From assembly GCF_000015805.1 (NCBI RefSeq), contig NC_009073.1:810001-842000 (forward strand): 32,000 bases of DNA, read 5' to 3'. Position numbers and translations under genes: made by a program. Shown here in pieces: positions 15,196 to 23,596 of this stretch. The stretch is from Pyrobaculum calidifontis JCM 11548. Its GTDB lineage: Archaea > Thermoproteota > Thermoprotei > Thermoproteales > Thermoproteaceae. The first letter of the stretch is position 1; every line of letters begins with the position of its first letter. The notes beneath the pieces were generated by a model. It had not been told where the DNA came from. It made no database searches and was given only the letters and a program-made list of their open reading frames with translations.

Positions 15196-16300
15196 CCGGG
15201 GGCACAATCCAGCGGTCTACATACCTCTTCATGTTCTGCAAGACGACGATACGGCTGGGCTCGTCGTCGTCCATGTAGACAAAGTCGGCGCCTATCCTCC
15301 TCAGCTCCTCCAAGAGCTTGTATGCCCAAGCCTTGACCTCCTCGTGGCTCAACATGTCCTCCCTCTTCAGCCTGAAGGTGGAGTGGCCTAGGTGCATGTA
15401 GCTCTTTACCTCGACGAAGTGGGGGTTGCCCCTCTTGACAAGCTCGGCGAACTGCGGGATGTACCTCTCGTCGTAGTTCAAGCTCCTTATCAGAGTAATC
15501 CTCATGACGGTCCTCGTGGGCACCACTGCGAGTAGGTCAAGCGACTGGAGCCACTTCTCCCAGGCGTCCTCCCTGTTGTACACGGGGACGTTCACCCTGT
15601 AGTACAGCTCCTTGTTGGGGGCGTTAGTGGAGAGGTAGAGCTGCGTGGGGAGGGCGTCCTCTTCCCAAAGCCGCTTAATCATCTCTGGGTGCTGGCCGTT
15701 TGTGACAAGGAATACGGACTTGGTCTCGGGGAGCGACTTTATCAGCTTTATCAACTCTGGCAACTTTGGGTACATAGTGGGCTCCCCCGAGAGGGAAATA
15801 GCCCAGTGGGTAGGCGCCAGCGCCTCCTTGACGCGTCTCTTCCCCTCGGGGTGGCCCCAGTACCCCGACAAGAGGCGCACCCTCTCCTTCAACACCCCCC
15901 TCACGATCTCCTCGGGCTCTAGGTAGAACCTCTCGTCGAGGACAAAGGCGTCGAACTCCTCCGTGGGGCGCCAGCAGTAGACACAACGGTTGCTACATAC
16001 AAGCCCCACGGGGCTCATCTCTACACAGCGGTGGGAGCCCCCCGCCGGCGCGTTGTAGAACTTCACCTTGTAGCAAGACTTGCCCCCCTCGATGGCCTCC
16101 CTAGTCCACTTACAGAGCTCCACGGCGGCGTGGCCCACAAAGCCGTAGTGCCGCTCCACGAGCGCCCTGCCGGCAGATGCCCTAATCTTAATCCGCGGCC
16201 CCTCCAACACGTGGTAGCGGCCAATGGGCTCAACTTCGCAGGACACAGGTAAGCCCCGTTCTCTATATATAAGCTTGTCCAAAGGAACAGCGCAACACAT
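15158..16300 (-). CDS. taw1: tRNA 4-demethylwyosine synthase Taw1 (TYW1 homologue), radical SAM
   Basis: HYGFVGHAAVELCKWTREAIEGGKSCYKVKFY...SHRCVEMSPVGLVCSNRCVYCWRP and AISLSGEPTMYP match the archaeal Taw1 layout. The 470-aa track ORF has a non-homologous His/Pro/Ala-rich extension overlapping the divergent gene at 16325. Likely starts are ATG 16300, GTG 16246 or GTG 16210. Confidence 0.85.
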   Translation of the reverse strand: MCCAVPLDKLIYRERGLPVSCEVEPIGRYHVLEGPRIKIRASAGRALVERHYGFVGHAAVELCKWTREAIEGGKSCYKVKFYNAPAGGSHRCVEMSPVGLVCSNRCVYCWRPTEEFDAFVLDERFYLEPEEIVRGVLKERVRLLSGYWGHPEGKRRVKEALAPTHWAISLSGEPTMYPKLPELIKLIKSLPETKSVFLVTNGQHPEMIKRLWEEDALPTQLYLSTNAPNKELYYRVNVPVYNREDAWEKWLQSLDLLAVVPTRTVMRITLIRSLNYDERYIPQFAELVKRGNPHFVEVKSYMHLGHSTFRLKREDMLSHEEVKAWAYKLLEELRRIGADFVYMDDDEPSRIVVLQNMKRYVDRWIVPPASGNGSAPRSSK

Positions 16301-16324
16301 ATAAACGTGGGACAATGAGCAGGT

Positions 16325-16660
16325 ATGCCAAGCGTAGTCGGAGACGTGGTGGGCTTGTTGGTAGGGTGGCTTGTGAGCAGCTTCGCGGTGTGGCTCGCAT
16401 TGAAGATTTTCCCCGGCAAGCAGAGGAGAGAGGACTTCGTAGGGGCAATGATTACCGCGGCTGTGGGCGCCCTCGTCTACTGGTTTTTCCACGCCGTGTT
16501 CCGCATACCCGTGATAAGCGGCATATTGGGCTTCTTCGTCTGGCTCTACGCCCTTAGGAAGATCCAGCACGTCGGCTGGCTCGGCGCCTTAGCGCTCGCA
16601 ATACTCATCTACATAATAAACGGGGTGCTCAGCCTATTCCTCCCCACGCTAAAACTCTAG
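16325..16660 (+). CDS. Small integral membrane protein (about 4 TM segments)
   Basis: 111 aa with hydrophobic segments. A TATA-like CATATAAA lies ~22-27 nt upstream of the ATG. It is divergent from taw1. Confidence 0.7.
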   Translation: MPSVVGDVVGLLVGWLVSSFAVWLALKIFPGKQRREDFVGAMITAAVGALVYWFFHAVFRIPVISGILGFFVWLYALRKIQHVGWLGALALAILIYIINGVLSLFLPTLKL

Positions 16661-16733
16661 CCCTTTTTCACCCCCTCCCAGCGGCGTCAATCCCTCCATA
16701 GAAAACTTTATAAAGATCAGATGATTCTGTTAT

Positions 16734-17459
16734 GTGGAGAATCAGCTTGAAAGGCTGATAGTCGGAACACTTGCACACGGGCATTACGATTACAGCTTGA
16801 CTATTAGGAGCTTTGCGGAAGGCTCTGGCATGCCCTTCTCTGCGATTAGGCGTGCCGTGTATAGGCTGGAGAGGGAGGGAGTTGTCAGAGTGCTTAAGCT
16901 CAGCAACCAGTACGTGGTAAGGCTGAGGAGCGTTGAGAGGGCCTGGGAGCTCGGCTACTTAGACACGTCGTATGTCACATACGGCGCGGGCTACTTCGCC
17001 CCCTTCACTGGCTACAGGCGCGGCTTTTACCTAAGCGACGAGGCGTATATAACTCTCCCGTTTAGAATCAGGCGCCACGAGGCGCTCACGAGGCTCATAG
17101 ACCTCGAAATAAGATCCCGCGCCGACATGGAGCCCGCCCTGGCTTGGATTGGGGAGTGGCCCCGCTTCACACTACTCTTCTACCGCGCTACACTACAGCC
17201 AGTGGACAAGAGGTGGGAGGAGCTCATAAGACAACACGGCATAGAGCCTACCCAATGGCTCCCTCCGGCCTACGGCTTCTTCGCCTTTCTCATATACGCC
17301 GTGAGAAAGCTGACGGGCGCCGACTGGAAAGAGGCCTACTGCAAGGCCTTAGAGCTCGTCCGAGACTACGTGCAAGAGACTAGGGCAGGGACAAGCCCAA
17401 CGGAGGAATTCGTGGACAAGGTCCTTGCGGAGATGTCAAAATGGCCCTGTACAAAATAG
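16734..17459 (+). CDS. Hypothetical protein with N-terminal winged-helix-like domain
   Basis: GTG start. SFAEGSGMPFSAIRRAVYRLEREGVVRV resembles an HTH recognition region. It overlaps the next wHTH gene by 19 nt. Confidence 0.55.
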   Translation: MENQLERLIVGTLAHGHYDYSLTIRSFAEGSGMPFSAIRRAVYRLEREGVVRVLKLSNQYVVRLRSVERAWELGYLDTSYVTYGAGYFAPFTGYRRGFYLSDEAYITLPFRIRRHEALTRLIDLEIRSRADMEPALAWIGEWPRFTLLFYRATLQPVDKRWEELIRQHGIEPTQWLPPAYGFFAFLIYAVRKLTGADWKEAYCKALELVRDYVQETRAGTSPTEEFVDKVLAEMSKWPCTK

Positions 17460-17737
17460 CGAGGTCTCTCAGGAGAAGTAGGCTGAGGCTGGCCATACTC
17501 AAGCTACTGTGCGAGGCGGGGGAGCCCCTCTACCCAGCCCTAATAGCCAGGGCAGTGGGGGCAAGCTACGAAAACGTGTTAGGGGCCCTGCGCGGGCTGG
17601 GGAGGCGGTATAGGCGCGAGGAATCCCTCCTCGGGCTCGGCTTGGTAAAAGAGGTCAAAGTGGGGGGCCAGAGGCTGTACTACGCCGACGAGGAGATCTG
17701 CAAAAACCTAGAAGACTCGCTAAACGGCCTCCTATAG
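17441..17737 (+). CDS. Small winged-helix transcriptional regulator (ArsR/MarR-like fold)
   Basis: 98 aa. RLRLAILKLLCEAGEPLYPALIARAVGASYENVLGALRGL is a typical wHTH, followed by a wing (VKEVKVGGQRLYY). Confidence 0.65.
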   Translation: MALYKIARSLRRSRLRLAILKLLCEAGEPLYPALIARAVGASYENVLGALRGLGRRYRREESLLGLGLVKEVKVGGQRLYYADEEICKNLEDSLNGLL

Positions 17738-18096
17738 GCCACGCGCTTGGCGCCCACTCCTATACGCGCGGGCCCAGGACTCCGCCTCAGCCGCCGCCAG
17801 CGCGGGCCGATGTGACATCTAGTCTGTCAGCGGACTTGCCGCTGGGCTCTCAGTACAGCTTAGGCAAAAATGTCTCAATGGACGTGCTGTAAATACCGAC
17901 GTGTACCTACAATACTACGTACAATTACAACTACTTTACAATTCATAATAAGCCTGACGATTTGCACGCCCATGAGACAGAATTGGACCATCACAAAGCT
18001 CTCAGAGAACAGCCCGTCGCCATCTCTGGCACACTGTGAAACAGAGATCATTATATGGAGGAAAGAAATCTTGCGAAAAACCTCTAGCCCATCGCC

Positions 18097-19683
18097 ATGA
18101 GCCTCTTCTTAAAACTATTGAAATATGACATAGAGTATACGAAAAAATACTGGAAATACTCTGTACCTTTCTATATCTCCTATCTGCTAGATGTGGCCGT
18201 ATTCCTTCTTATGAATTACTTACTTAAACAGCTTGTAGATTCCGCGATTTCTGGCGAGTTACATAATGTAATATTCTACACTGCTTTCTTTCTCCTATCT
18301 GTCACATCACGATTTGTACTAGTCTTCCTCGGCGACTACATCTCCGACCTGTATAAGAAGGCAGTGGAGCTTGACTTGGCCCTCCGCATTGTTGAAAGGA
18401 GGGTTGAGGGGCCTTCGCATCCGCCTGGTGAGGTCTTGTCTCGCGTTACCGCTGACTTGGAGAACGCGGTTTACGCCATTGCGACGCCGCTTTGGCTCTT
18501 CTTCGTTGTCGGGGATGTGGCCGCGGTTGCCCTCTTCGCCTACTGGCTTCAGCCCCTCTCCCTTCCCCTTATACTCCCCTTCGCCGCGCTCTACGCCGTT
18601 TTGATGAAGAGGGTGGGGCCGCGCCTATTGGACGCTAGGTCTAGGGAGAGAGAGGCCTACGGCGGCTGGTTCAAAAGGCTGAAAGAGGCTGTGGAGGGGG
18701 CACACAGCCTACACAGGCTGGGGCTGAGGAGAGCGCCCAAGCTGTTGACAGACGCCACAGCCACATACTTCGCCAAGTTCAAAAAGTTCACGCTGTACAG
18801 CCGTAGTATTGACTACCTGCTTCAAGCCCCGGCACAAGTAGGGCCCAACTTCGTCTTTGCAGTAGCGCTACTTTTGGCTCTGCAAGGGCAGGGCACTGTG
18901 GGAGACGCAGTGGCGCTGAGAAACTCCCTCAACGGACTTTTCCTCCCCATCGGCCACCTCATGTCCACGGTGGGCTCTTTTTACGTTATGGCCTCGTCGT
19001 TTTTGCGTGTTGAGCCTCTTCTGCGCTCTGCACAACCCCGCGTTGTGAGGGGGGCCGTGGCGTATCTAAGGGACGCGGTCTTTTCTTACGACAACGGCGT
19101 AGTTGTGGAGGTGGTGGGTGAGGTGGCTGTTGAGGAGGGTGACTTTGTGTGGGTTAGGGGGCCTTCTGGGGCTGGGAAGTCCACCTTGGCTAAGGCGCTG
19201 TGTGGCCTTGTGGAGCCCGCCGGCGGCGTTGCGGTGGCGGCTGTGGACTGCGTCTACGTGGGCAACGACGACTACCTCTTCGACGCCACTGTGTACGAAA
19301 ACATCGACCTTTGGGAGGGGAGGCCTAGGGGGGATGTGGAGTGGGCCGCCGCGGCGGCGGGGGTGGACTTCCCCTTGGACAAGAGGTGTGGGGAGGGGGG
19401 TAGGGAGCTCTCCGAGGGGCAGAGGCAGAGGGTCCTCATCGCCAGGGCTCTGCTGAGGAGGCCTAGGCTCCTCGTCCTCGACGAGGCCACCTCCGGCCTA
19501 GACAAAGAGCTGGAAACCAAAGTGCTACAGGCAGTGCGGCAGGCCGCAAAGGCAGTGGTAGTAGTGTCGCATAGAGACAGCCCAGCACAGTACAGCAACA
19601 AAATAGTAGAAGTAAGAGAAGGAAGGGCGTACATGGTAACAGTCAATAAAGGCGTTGGCGGGGATAGTTCTGCGCAAAGGTGA
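18097..19683 (+). CDS. ABC exporter, fused transmembrane and ATP-binding domains (MsbA/MdlB-type half transporter)
   Basis: The N-terminal ~310 aa are hydrophobic TMD. Walker A is GPSGAGKST, the signature is LSEGQRQR, Walker B is LLVLDEATSGLD, and the H-loop is VVSHR. Confidence 0.85.
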   Translation: MSLFLKLLKYDIEYTKKYWKYSVPFYISYLLDVAVFLLMNYLLKQLVDSAISGELHNVIFYTAFFLLSVTSRFVLVFLGDYISDLYKKAVELDLALRIVERRVEGPSHPPGEVLSRVTADLENAVYAIATPLWLFFVVGDVAAVALFAYWLQPLSLPLILPFAALYAVLMKRVGPRLLDARSREREAYGGWFKRLKEAVEGAHSLHRLGLRRAPKLLTDATATYFAKFKKFTLYSRSIDYLLQAPAQVGPNFVFAVALLLALQGQGTVGDAVALRNSLNGLFLPIGHLMSTVGSFYVMASSFLRVEPLLRSAQPRVVRGAVAYLRDAVFSYDNGVVVEVVGEVAVEEGDFVWVRGPSGAGKSTLAKALCGLVEPAGGVAVAAVDCVYVGNDDYLFDATVYENIDLWEGRPRGDVEWAAAAAGVDFPLDKRCGEGGRELSEGQRQRVLIARALLRRPRLLVLDEATSGLDKELETKVLQAVRQAAKAVVVVSHRDSPAQYSNKIVEVREGRAYMVTVNKGVGGDSSAQR

Positions 19684-19890
19684 GCTTAGTTTTGGAGTCG
19701 CCGAGCTTGTCCACCAGTCTACGGGAAAGCGCGTCTTACGCTTTCAGCGGCGTTGCACGTAGGGGGTGGCCAGTGCCGCTGGCTAGCGTGTTGGGAAGTG
19801 AAGTGTCAAGTGCTGATCGGCTTACTTAGGCGGTTTTGTGATGGGGGCTATTCTCCCCGTAAGTTAGTGCGCGGTAATTGGGAGAAAAAC

Positions 19891-19898
19891 TTATAAAG
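19891..19898 (+). promoter_or_regulatory. TATA box (TTATAAAG) of the tRNA gene
   Basis: Lies 21-28 nt upstream of the predicted tRNA 5' end (19919). Confidence 0.55.
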
Positions 19899-19918
19899 CG
19901 GGGTGTGCGGGAAGTGCG

Positions 19919-20055
19919 GCCCCGGTAGTCTAGCCCGGTCAAGGGCCTTAGGCCGATTAAGGATGCGGGCCTCATATACGGGAAGTATAGGCCAATCGAG
20001 CCCGTGACCCGGGTTCAAAAGGGGGCACCCCCTGAGAGTCCCGGCCGGGGCACCA
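19919..20055 (+). tRNA. tRNA with anticodon CAU (elongator Met or Ile2) carrying three introns; CCA encoded
   Basis: I folded it by hand. The acceptor GCCCCGG/CCGGGGC is followed by discriminator A and an encoded CCA. The D arm is GUCU-AGCCCGGUCAA-GGAU, the anticodon arm CGGGC-CUCAUAA-GCCCG, the variable region UGAC, and the T arm CCGGG-UUCAAAU-CCCGG. This fold needs three segments removed: 19943-19960 (18 nt, D-loop/D-stem junction), 19977-19998 (22 nt, canonical 37/38) and 20020-20038 (19 nt, T-loop about 59/60). The mature length is 75 nt plus CCA. Confidence 0.8.
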
Positions 20056-20587
20056 CGTCTTTATCAAATTCTCAATCCACATAGGTTGTTTGATAATATC
20101 GGCGGGGAGGTCGATGTATAGAGGTGTAAACCGAGTGAAAAGTGAGAACTATGGGGCTCGGCGCCTAACACTACAAGATTTGCTCTTATGTGTACATAAT
20201 TAGCGACAATGTGCCAATCATTACTGTATCGGCATTTAATTAGCCAGCTTAGTGGAGGACTTATTGGGGGAGGGATGGTGATCGACTTGGCGAGGAGTCC
20301 CTGTCCGAAACCAGGCCTGCTGACCTCCCTCCCCCTCTGGCTGAAATATAGAGGGGAACTATATAACTTTTTTCGCTGTATAAATTTCGGTAGCCTCTTG
20401 GCAATGGCGGACGTCAGGTCTCACACATATAGGTCTCAGATTGGGAGTCCCAATTGCGACCTTGTCTCTGTGACGTAGTATGGCTTTTGCTTGACCCTTG
20501 ACATGTCCAGGCTACCTTGGCCCTAGTGCGTATCTTTGGGAATGTGCTGTACGGCGTTTGTCTAGATCAAACTTATTTAAATGAGGT

Positions 20588-21394
20588 GTGATAGTTGCTA
20601 TGGAGGTTATTGTTAAACGTCTTGAGGGCGTTCCCCTCGTTACCGCCTACGTGTTTGAAGTTGGTGGCGTTAGAGTTGTCGTCGACCCTGGCCCTGCTTC
20701 GTTGTTTGAGCCCATGGACGTAGACGCAGTCCTTTGTACACATATCCACTTGGACCACTGCGGCTCCGCTGGGCACTTGGGCAAGCCCACGTATGTGCAT
20801 GAGAGGTATACTCGCCACGTGGCCGACCCCTCTAAGCTTTATGAGTCTAGTAGGGCCGTCTTGGGCGTCTTTGCGGAGAAGTTTGGCCAGCCGAGACCAA
20901 ACGAGGCCGTGATGGGCGTGGCCGACGGGACGAGACTCTTCGACGCCGTTGATGCCATTCATACGCCGGGGCACGCCCCCCACCACGTGATGTACTACTA
21001 CAGAGATGAGAAGGCGTTGTTTGTGGGCGACGGCGCTGGGGTCCACATACCTGAGCTAGGCGTCGTAGTGCCGACGACTCCCCCGCCCTTTAAGCTCGAC
21101 GTATACCTCCAGTCCCTCGACAAGGTGAGGGGGCTAGACGTGGAGAAGATCTGCTTCCCCCACTACCATTGCACACACAACGTCGAGATCTTGGAGAGGC
21201 ACAGGGAGCAAGTCAGGGCCTGGGTTGAGGTACTGCAGCAGAACCCCCACATGGACGTCGAAGAGGCTCTCCGCGCCTTGGCCAAAGCCGACGAAAACGT
21301 GGAGAAGGTGCTCGCCGCAGGCGGCCTCTACCTCGACTTCTATCTCCGCTTCAGCGTATTGGGCTTCCTTGACTACTTGAGGGGGAGAGGCTAG
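20588..21394 (+). CDS. MBL-fold metallo-hydrolase
   Basis: Carries the HIHLDHCG (HxHxDH) motif plus downstream His/Asp ligands (HTPGHAPHH). The alternative start is ATG at 20600. Confidence 0.85.
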   Translation: MIVAMEVIVKRLEGVPLVTAYVFEVGGVRVVVDPGPASLFEPMDVDAVLCTHIHLDHCGSAGHLGKPTYVHERYTRHVADPSKLYESSRAVLGVFAEKFGQPRPNEAVMGVADGTRLFDAVDAIHTPGHAPHHVMYYYRDEKALFVGDGAGVHIPELGVVVPTTPPPFKLDVYLQSLDKVRGLDVEKICFPHYHCTHNVEILERHREQVRAWVEVLQQNPHMDVEEALRALAKADENVEKVLAAGGLYLDFYLRFSVLGFLDYLRGRG

Positions 21395-22593
21395 TCGGCC
21401 ACCTCTTTTTCGTACATTTTAGCGACGGCGAGTAGCACCTCCTCGTCCCGCGCCGCGAGCTGTAGGCCCACGGGGAGGCCGGAGGTGGGGGCTGGGACTG
21501 AAATCGCTGGGTGGCCCGTGAGGTTGAAGAGCTCTGTGTATGCCAGCAGCTTGGGCCTCACCGCCACGCTGTCTGCCTCCTCTATTGGAATTGCCTCAGT
21601 GGCTGTCGTGGGCGTGGCCACCACGTCGTATTTCTTGAATAGCTTGTTGAAGAACTGGGTGGCCTCCTCTTTGACCTGCTTGGCCGTGATGTAGGCCACG
21701 GCGGGCAGGGCGGCGCCGGCGGCGAGCAGAGTGGCCACGTCTTTCCCCATTTTGTCCCCCACGCCCCTCAGCAGGTGGTAGTAGTTGGCGGCGGCCTCAG
21801 AGAGGAGGATGGCCGCCCTAGCCGACGCGTATTTACGCGCCTCGACAAACACCTCGTCTCTCACCCCGCCTATTCTCTCGAGGACCTCCACGGCCCTCCA
21901 AAACGCCTTTTCCACATGCCTAGTGTTCTCAGCAATCCCCATCAACACTGCGAAGCGGAACCTCTTGACCTCGGGGAGCTCCCTCTCAAGCCAGCCCACG
22001 GCCGCCATTACGCGGACTAAGTCGTCTACGCTTCTGGTGATGAGCCCCACGTGGTCTAGGCTCTGGGCCAGGGGGAGGACTCCCCTAGTCGGCAGTTTGC
22101 CGTAGGGGGGCTTGTAGCCGACGACGCCGCAGAGGGCCGCGGGTATTCTCACAGAGCCCCCGGTGTCTGTCCCCAGGCCCACGTCGGCGACGCCTATGGC
22201 CACGGCCCCCGCGCTGCCGCCGCTCGACCCTCCCGTTATCCGCGTTGGGTCGTGCGGGTTTCGAGTCGGGCCGAAGTGCGGGTTTATGTTCGTGGCCCCG
22301 AGGGCCAGCTCGTGCATGTTTGTCTTCCCAATCACCACCGCGCCCTCCGCCATCAACGCGGCGACGACAGGCGCAGTCTCTGTTGCAACCCGGCGCATGT
22401 AGGGGGCGCCGTTTGTAATAGGCATGCCTGCCACCTCTATGTTGTCCTTAACAGCCACCGCCAAGCCGCACAGCTTCCCGCACCTACCCGCCTTGGCCAG
22501 CGCCTCAAGCTCCTCAGCCGCCCTCTCGTTTATGTAGACGAAGTAGTTCAAGTCGGCGCGCCTTTTGGCCTCCTCAAGCCTCTTCTCAATCAT
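21391..22593 (-). CDS. Amidase-signature family enzyme, GatA-like
   Basis: KDN...GKTNMHELALG...GGSSGGSAGAVA is the amidase signature with the Ser-cisSer-Lys region. At 400 aa it is shorter than typical GatA (~480 aa). Its start overlaps a tiny upstream ORF by ATGA. Confidence 0.8.
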   Translation of the reverse strand: MIEKRLEEAKRRADLNYFVYINERAAEELEALAKAGRCGKLCGLAVAVKDNIEVAGMPITNGAPYMRRVATETAPVVAALMAEGAVVIGKTNMHELALGATNINPHFGPTRNPHDPTRITGGSSGGSAGAVAIGVADVGLGTDTGGSVRIPAALCGVVGYKPPYGKLPTRGVLPLAQSLDHVGLITRSVDDLVRVMAAVGWLERELPEVKRFRFAVLMGIAENTRHVEKAFWRAVEVLERIGGVRDEVFVEARKYASARAAILLSEAAANYYHLLRGVGDKMGKDVATLLAAGAALPAVAYITAKQVKEEATQFFNKLFKKYDVVATPTTATEAIPIEEADSVAVRPKLLAYTELFNLTGHPAISVPAPTSGLPVGLQLAARDEEVLLAVAKMYEKEVAD

Positions 22594-22703
22594 AGTAGCT
22601 GAAGCCCCTCCAAGACCCTCTCCACGACTCTCTCAACCTCCTCGGCGTCCACGGGTATCTCCAAGTCCCTCAACAGGGCCTCTACGTACTTCAGCTTACT
22701 CAT
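22590..22703 (-). CDS. Possible 37-aa mini-ORF, GatC N-terminus-like, coupled to the amidase
   Basis: MSKLKYVEALLRDLEIPVDAEEVERVVERVLEGLQLL resembles the helical N-terminal part of GatC. ATGA overlap with the amidase start. The longer track ORF (to 22802) would overlap the translin gene by 107 nt. Confidence 0.3.
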   Translation of the reverse strand: MSKLKYVEALLRDLEIPVDAEEVERVVERVLEGLQLL

Positions 22704-23280
22704 GGCGGCACGTAGTGGCGTAGAACAGCTTCTCAGAGATCCAGTTGGCCTGCGACCCCACGTAGTCCACCTTCTTCCTAAGCTCGTAATCCCTCGGCTC
22801 AAGGGCCAAGAGGTCTAGGTAGAGCTTCTCAACCGCCTCTTTAATCCTGCTCGCCGCTTCTACATTCTTCTGGAGTAGCTCCTCCGTTGCCGTGCGCCCC
22901 AGCTCGCCTGCCACGTCGGCTATCCCCATGAGGTACGTGTAGACATCTACCCCCAGCTCCTCCTTAGTCGGGAGACGCCCCTCCTTCAACAAGCTGTAGA
23001 GGGCCGTGGCCTCTACATACTCCTGCAGACCCGTGGTGGCGCTTCCATAGAACATGGGCCACTGCTCAATCAACTTCCTCAAGTGGGCCACCACGTCGTT
23101 CATCTCCTTGAGCGCCCTCTCAGCCGCGGCGAAGTCCTTCCTAATGGCTGAGTACACCACGGCCTTCGAGAGGCGGGAGACCTTGATAGAGGTTTGGACT
23201 ACTTCATCTTTTGCCCGCTCGTAGGCCCTTAGGTCGTCGTAGAGGTTTCTGATGTCAATCACAACGGCCAGTGAGAGCAT
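22696..23280 (-). CDS. Translin-family nucleic-acid-binding protein
   Basis: YTYLMGIADVAGELGRTA matches the translin Y..G..D..GEL.R motif, and the protein is all-helical. The start is ambiguous: ATG 23280, or GTG 23262, which sits ~25 nt from the TTTATAAA box at about 23283-23290. Confidence 0.7.
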   Translation of the reverse strand: MLSLAVVIDIRNLYDDLRAYERAKDEVVQTSIKVSRLSKAVVYSAIRKDFAAAERALKEMNDVVAHLRKLIEQWPMFYGSATTGLQEYVEATALYSLLKEGRLPTKEELGVDVYTYLMGIADVAGELGRTATEELLQKNVEAASRIKEAVEKLYLDLLALEPRDYELRKKVDYVGSQANWISEKLFYATTCRHE

Positions 23281-23316
23281 GTTTATAAAGACACGCGGCG
23301 GCTTATGCACTACAGG

Positions 23317-23529
23317 CTATGCTACGCCCAATAGCCCCAAGTCTATATTGGTGAGAGTGATGTAGGGTGTGCCGTTTTTGTCGTACTTCACTTCTACTTT
23401 CCTCTCCACGCCTATTTCGCGGTACAGTGTGTTTATGGTCTCCGTGACTGCGCGGACCGCTTCGCCGGTGACCCACACTTGTTTGCCGTCGTACTTCCCG
23501 CCCGTTGCCCTCCGCCATTCCTTTGTCAT
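23317..23529 (-). CDS. Small basic hypothetical protein (70 aa)
   Basis: An internal ATG (MTKEWRRATGGKYDGKQVWVTGEAV...) has a TTAAAG box ~25 nt upstream. Composition looks beta-rich. I recognise no family. Confidence 0.45.
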   Translation of the reverse strand: MTKEWRRATGGKYDGKQVWVTGEAVRAVTETINTLYREIGVERKVEVKYDKNGTPYITLTNIDLGLLGVA

Positions 23530-23596
23530 CACGGCAGTAGTTTGCGCCGTCTTTAACTGCGCGTAATTGGCGTTTCGTTGACGCAAATAGAGGTGC

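Noticed and set aside
16301-16570. N-terminal 90 codons of the 470-aa taw1 track ORF
   Set aside because: The extension has no homology to Taw1/TYW1 N-termini and a His/Pro/Ala-rich composition. It fully overlaps the divergent membrane-protein gene at 16325-16660, and a TATA-like element lies inside it.
20209-20478. 89-aa ORF downstream of the tRNA
   Set aside because: It has no start context and a Leu/Gly/Ser-rich patchy composition, and it lies in a region with repeats. It is more likely non-coding.
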